Origin: Salpingoeca rosetta
Lineage: Eukaryota > Protista > Choanoflagellata
Assembly: GCA_033442325.1 (NCBI GenBank)
Contig: JAWQFM010000032.1
Location: 114,343-128,313 of the forward strand
Direction: 5' to 3'
DNA length: 13,971 nt
Part shown: positions 11,552 through 13,971 of the stretch, piece after piece
How the letters are laid out: every line of letters begins with the position of its first letter
Numbering within the stretch: the stretch's first letter is position 1
Position numbers and translations under genes: made by a program
The notes under the pieces: model-generated
Told to the model about the DNA's origin: nothing
Database searches by the model: none
Seen by the model: the letters and a program-made list of their open reading frames with translations, nothing else

Positions 11552-13723
11552 TGTGTGTGTGTGAGAGAGTGAGAGAGTAAGGTCGCTTGTGTGTCAATAT
11601 ACGTACAGGCATGTGCGGTGCCAACAAGGCAAGTTGGGCGAGCACAGCAATCAACATTACCAACAATCACGCCACCGCTTGCTCCCCTACCTTCAAATCC
11701 ACACTTGTACTGCACGGCAATGTGTTTCCCAAACCATCCGCACGTCCGGTTGAACACGCTGTCGCTCGCGGAGAGTGTGTGTGTATGTGTGTGTGTGTTT
11801 GTGTTCGGTGCACGTATCTAGGACTGCACTTACAATAGAAAATACACGCAGCACAAGCACGAGGCGATTGCAAAGCACCTTCCTAAACCACCAGGCACGA
11901 CACACAAGCACCAGGCTCCACAAAACAGCCAGCACCACCAGCGATCATCGCTTCGTTAAACTTCAGCAAGACACTGCACAGCCACTCACCACGCATGACT
12001 TCTTGCCCAAGCACCGGTCCTCCACCACTCCCGCCGATGTTGGCTCATGACACGATCCCTTGACGCATGCAAGCAGCACAGTTGGCGCGGGGCGTGTTGT
12101 TGGTGGACCAGTATATGCGCACGTGCAAGAGCGTGTATGCATGCAAATAGCACCACACCAACACACCACCAACGCACCACAAACGCAACACCAACGCAAC
12201 ACCAACGCAATACCAACAAAATATGATACGACGCCACACGGTGCCACACCTGTTTGAAATCGCCACATGTGCCAGTCGGCGTTCCGTAGCTCGCAAACTG
12301 GATCGCAGCAATGACAAGCCGCTTGTCCTGTGCACACGACAGCACAACTTCCTCACCCTCGTTTGCCTGCAGGCACTGGTGGCCAAACCCCTGCTGCGGG
12401 GGCGGCGGCGGGCTCGGCGGTGGGGTGTTGGGCGAGGGCTTCACAAACGGTTTTGACGCGTGAATGAGACAGTCGCCGCGCTGCTTGTCCTCATCGTAGT
12501 GCTTGGTGAGGGAGCACCACGGTGGCATGCTGTCTTCCTCGATGCACGTGTCCTGAAACGCACGTGCAGCGGCCGGGGAAGGAGGTAAGAAAGGGGAATG
12601 GGGTGTGGGGTGTGGGGTGTGGGGTGTGGGGGTGGTGCAGTAGAGGAATANNNNNNNNNNNNNNNNNNNNNNNNNNNNNNNNNNNNNNNNNNNNNNNNNN
12701 NNNNNNNNNNNNNNNNNNNNNNNNNNNNNNNNNNNNNNNNNNNNNNNNNNNNNNNNNNNNNNNNNNNNNNNNNNNNNNNNNNNNNNNNNNNNNNNNNNNN
12801 NNNNNNNNNNNNNNNNNNNNNNNNNNNNNNNNNNNNNNNNNNNNNNNNNNNNNNNNNNNNNNNNNNNNNNNNNNNNNNNNNNNNNNNNNNNNNNNNNNNN
12901 NNNNNNNNNNNNNNNNNNNNNNNNNNNNNNNNNNNNNNNNNNNNNNNNNNNNNNNNNNNNNNNNNNNNNNNNNNNNNNNNNNNNNNNNNNNNNNNNNNNN
13001 NNNNNNNNNNNNNNNNNNNNNNNNNNNNNNNNNNNNNNNNNNNNNNNNNNNNNNNNNNNNNNNNNNNNNNNNNNNTGGTGGGATAGACATGGTGGAGGGA
13101 TGGTGAGGTGATGGTTGAGCAACAGAAGAAGAGAGAGATGTGTATGTATGCGTGTATGTGTGTGTGTGTGTGTTTGTGTGTGTGTATGTATGCGTCTGTC
13201 TGCCTGTAAATGGTTTTGTTTGAGGGTGTTGGTACGAGTACGGACTTACACGGACTTACACGGACAGGGTGACTGCTGGGAACAACGTAAACATTGCATA
13301 ACATTACCCATAAACACACACGCATACACACACACATACACACACATACACACACATACACACACATACACACACATACACACACATACACACACATACA
13401 CACACATACACACACATACACACACATACACACACACGCTCACACGCCCACACACACGCTCGCACACGTACACACGCGTGTGCAAGCCAGGCCCTTCACC
13501 TCGCTGCAGACGCCGCCGTGTTCACACGTGCACGGGAGATCCTTACACAGCCCGTCCTCACACTCAATGGAGCAGTCGTTGCCCTCCCACGGGCCCGAGC
13601 AGAGACACGTGTATCCGCCCTCACCAGGGACGCACGTGCCCCCGTTCTCGCACGGGCTGTCGGCGCACGGCGACGAGCGGGACGTGTCCAGCGCGAAGCG
13701 CAGCTGCTTCGGTGTGCACCCGC
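263..13723 (-). CDS. Large multi-exon extracellular mosaic adhesion/lectin-like protein (EGF, FN2, SUEL lectin, 2x LamG, MAM, C-type lectin); partial at both ends, 35 visible exons
   Basis: Manually chained exons with AG acceptors and GT donors (one probable GC donor). Intron phases match at every junction from 12552 to 263, and domain motifs continue across junctions (e.g. YMG|GHLATI, TVW|VDG, DSF|IGWMDD). Confidence 0.9.
568..691 (-). CDS. Exon 34: Cys-rich lectin-like domain end
   Basis: [41 protein letters not shown]; ccctag|, GG|gtgagg. Confidence 0.85.
952..1097 (-). CDS. Exon 33: Cys-rich C-type-lectin/Link-fold-like domain
   Basis: [48 protein letters not shown]; gaccag|, C|gtgagt. 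Confidence 0.88.
1308..1358 (-). CDS. Exon 32: Cys-rich lectin-like domain
   Basis: [16 protein letters not shown](Q); catcag|, CA|gtgcgt; phase 2-2. Confidence 0.8.
1668..1736 (-). CDS. Exon 31: MAM core motif, then start of the inserted Cys-rich domain
   Basis: LRFWYNMRG (MAM LxFxYxMxG motif) followed by [13 protein letters not shown](W); gcgcag|, TG|gtgcgt. Confidence 0.87.
1852..1972. repeat. Degenerate (CA)n/(CACG) microsatellite, intronic
   Basis: Directly visible. Confidence 0.85.
2025..2164 (-). CDS. Exon 30: MAM domain central segment (probable GC donor)
   Basis: [46 protein letters not shown](R); aaacag|, AG|gcacga. Confidence 0.75.
2458..2577 (-). CDS. Exon 29: jelly-roll-like domain end
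   Basis: [40 protein letters not shown]; caacag|, GTG|gtgagc. Confidence 0.87.
2645..2754. repeat. (GT)n microsatellite, intronic
   Basis: Long perfect then imperfect TG run. Confidence 0.9.
2891..3113 (-). CDS. Exon 28: jelly-roll-like domain
   Basis: [33 protein letters not shown]...SYICDDEDG; gcgcag|, AAG|gtgatg. Confidence 0.85.
3376..3532 (-). CDS. Exon 27: jelly-roll-like domain start
   Basis: [39 protein letters not shown]...; cgacag|, CA|gtgagt. Confidence 0.82.
3746..3866 (-). CDS. Exon 26: C-type lectin-like domain end
   Basis: [40 protein letters not shown]; ttccag|, G|gtatga. Confidence 0.87.
4089..4164 (-). CDS. Exon 25: C-type lectin-like domain
   Basis: [25 protein letters not shown]; gcgcag|, GCG|gtatgg. 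Confidence 0.87.
4401..4468 (-). CDS. Exon 24: C-type lectin-like domain
   Basis: [22 protein letters not shown] (YIGG at the WIGL position); ttccag|, AC|gtgcgt. Confidence 0.85.
4519..4575. repeat. (GT)n microsatellite, intronic
   Basis: Perfect GT run. Confidence 0.9.
4740..4774 (-). CDS. Exon 23 (35 nt): C-type lectin-like domain
   Basis: [12 protein letters not shown]; tggcag|, CAG|gtgagc. Confidence 0.88.
4928..5057 (-). CDS. Exon 22: C-type lectin-like domain start
   Basis: [43 protein letters not shown]; acacag| (alternative in-frame acceptors would start the exon at 5042 or 5018), G|gtgtgt. Confidence 0.82.
5244..5362 (-). CDS. Exon 21: MAM domain N-terminal segment
   Basis: [32 protein letters not shown] (MAM CDFExxxCxW...WxRxxG motif); ctgcag|, GAG|gtgttc. 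Confidence 0.88.
5605..5690 (-). CDS. Exon 20: LamG-like domain 2 end
   Basis: [28 protein letters not shown]; AAG acceptor, G|gtatga. Confidence 0.88.
5966..6042 (-). CDS. Exon 19: LamG-like domain 2
   Basis: [25 protein letters not shown]; AAG acceptor, AT|gtgcgt. Confidence 0.8.
6249..6329 (-). CDS. Exon 18: LamG-like domain 2
   Basis: [27 protein letters not shown]; tgacag|, GAG|gtgtgc. Confidence 0.9.
6546..6750 (-). CDS. Exon 17: LamG-like domain 2
   Basis: [14 protein letters not shown]...[16 protein letters not shown]; ccacag|, CCG|gtgggt. Confidence 0.88.
6965..7093. repeat. 10-bp tandem repeat (CACACACATG)n, intronic
   Basis: Directly visible, about 12 imperfect copies. Confidence 0.88.
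7152..7256 (-). CDS. Exon 16: LamG-like domain 2
   Basis: [34 protein letters not shown]; tggcag|, AG|gtgacg; parallels exons 9-10. Confidence 0.8.
7534..7673 (-). CDS. Exon 15: LamG-like domain 1 end / domain 2 start
   Basis: [26 protein letters not shown] (GxIDExxVFxRxLxxxEV motif)...LFDFS; ctgcag|, AG|gtgtgg. Confidence 0.9.
7952..8029 (-). CDS. Exon 14: LamG-like domain 1
   Basis: [26 protein letters not shown]; cgacag|, TTT|gtacga. Confidence 0.85.
8255..8342 (-). CDS. Exon 13: LamG-like domain 1
   Basis: [29 protein letters not shown] (WxHxV motif); tgacag|, TGG|gtaagc. Confidence 0.88.
8466..8717. repeat. Intronic minisatellite, 7 tandem copies of a 36-bp unit
   Basis: Unit GAGTGAACAGTAGACACAGAGGGTGATTGAGAGTGT, head-to-tail, at most one substitution per copy, no spacers. 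Confidence 0.95.
8898..8986 (-). CDS. Exon 12: LamG-like domain 1
   Basis: [29 protein letters not shown]; tcacag|, AG|gtgctt; phase 0-2 fits both neighbours. Confidence 0.8.
9067..9200. repeat. (CA)n grading into (CACACATACA)n, intronic
   Basis: Directly visible. Confidence 0.85.
9217..9311 (-). CDS. Exon 11: LamG-like domain 1
   Basis: [32 protein letters not shown] (xSVxxWVKP motif); cggcag|, GAG|gtgtgc. Confidence 0.87.
9480..9562 (-). CDS. Exon 10: LamG-like domain 1
   Basis: [27 protein letters not shown] (GxxGxALxFD motif); gcacag|, T|gtgagt. Confidence 0.88.
9789..9891 (-). CDS. Exon 9: LamG-like domain 1 start
   Basis: [20 protein letters not shown] (matches the LVAxYxFD start motif); acacag|, CA|gtgagt. 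Confidence 0.85.
10202..10358 (-). CDS. Exon 8: unassigned region, end
   Basis: [18 protein letters not shown]...[12 protein letters not shown]; cgtcag|, G|gtgcgc. Confidence 0.85.
10608..10837 (-). CDS. Exon 7: unassigned region with Ser-rich loop
   Basis: [22 protein letters not shown]...[13 protein letters not shown]; gttcag|, CGG|gtaagt. Confidence 0.85.
10885..10961. repeat. (GT)n microsatellite, intronic
   Basis: Perfect GT run of about 76 nt. Confidence 0.9.
11103..11186 (-). CDS. Exon 6: unassigned region
   Basis: [28 protein letters not shown]; tgtcag|, T|gtgagc; phase 1-1. Confidence 0.75.
11373..11447 (-). CDS. Exon 5: unassigned region (donor uncertain)
   Basis: [25 protein letters not shown]; catcag|, CAG|gtgcgc; phase 1-1. 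Confidence 0.7.
11691..11817 (-). CDS. Exon 4: SUEL lectin C-end (acceptor position uncertain)
   Basis: [25 protein letters not shown]; the nearest in-frame AG is the TAG at 11820-11818; donor G|gtaggg. Confidence 0.7.
11990..12058 (-). CDS. Exon 3: SUEL lectin middle
   Basis: [23 protein letters not shown]; AAG acceptor, donor GTG|gtgagt. Confidence 0.88.
12250..12552 (-). CDS. Exon 2: fibronectin type II C-half, Pro-rich linker, SUEL lectin N-half
   Basis: [28 protein letters not shown] (FN2 WCxxTxxYDxDxxxGxC); [11 protein letters not shown]...[17 protein letters not shown] (SUEL); tttcag| ... CAG|gtgtgg; 303 nt, phase 0-0. Confidence 0.92.
12651..13075. other. Assembly gap (425 N)
   Basis: Run of N. 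Confidence 1.
13315..13436. repeat. 10-bp tandem repeat (CACACATACA)n, intronic
   Basis: Directly visible, about 11 copies. Confidence 0.9.
13500..13723 (-). CDS. Exon 1 (visible): EGF-like domain plus start of a second EGF-like repeat
   Basis: [33 protein letters not shown]...CEHGGVCSE; acceptor catcag|, donor GAG|gtgaag. Confidence 0.88.
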
Positions 13724-13763
13724 CTGATGTGCGTGACGATTGTGTGTGTGTGTGTGCGTGAGT

Positions 13764-13800
<37 letters not shown>

Positions 13801-13971
13801 ATGTGTGTGTGTGTGTGACGTGCGTGATGTGTGCGTGCGTGTGCGTGATGTGTGTGTGTGTGTGTGTGATGTGTGATGTGTGGTATGTGTGTGTGTGCGT
13901 ACAACGTCCACATTCACACAGGGCAAGCCCGGTATCATCGGTACTCCCTCTCTTCTCCCTCTCTACCAACA

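Noticed and set aside
11986-13433. Long ORFs spanning the N run
   Set aside because: Artefacts of undefined bases being read through as X.
263-13723. Assigning an animal gene symbol (e.g. MRC1, MALRD1, latrophilin, SVEP1)
   Set aside because: Only individual domains are shared; the order and composition match none of them.
1-13971. The many Cys/Val-rich (VCVC) and His/Thr-rich (THTH) ORFs, and all plus-strand ORFs
   Set aside because: They are stop-free translations of (GT)n/(CA)n microsatellites or antisense shadows of real exons, with no domain motifs or coherent splice chain on the plus strand.

Overview
Eukaryotic genomic DNA, not prokaryotic. The window lies entirely inside one very intron-dense gene on the minus strand; both its start and its end are outside the window. 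I reconstructed 35 exons by hand (about 4,167 coding nt, about 1,390 aa). From 12552 down to 263 the chosen splice sites give one phase-consistent open frame with no stops. Domain order, N to C: EGF, partial EGF, [exon(s) probably hidden in a 425-N gap], fibronectin type II C-half, Pro linker, SUEL/galactose-rhamnose lectin, unassigned ~185-aa region, two LamG/ConA-like domains, then a MAM domain that appears split. A C-type lectin plus a jelly-roll-like domain sit at one insertion site, and a Cys-rich lectin-like domain at a second. Introns are mostly 150-550 nt and full of (GT)n/(CA)n microsatellites, which generate nearly all the supplied ORFs. This style suggests a choanoflagellate such as Salpingoeca rosetta (inference). 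Domain calls come from motif recognition by eye, not from searches.
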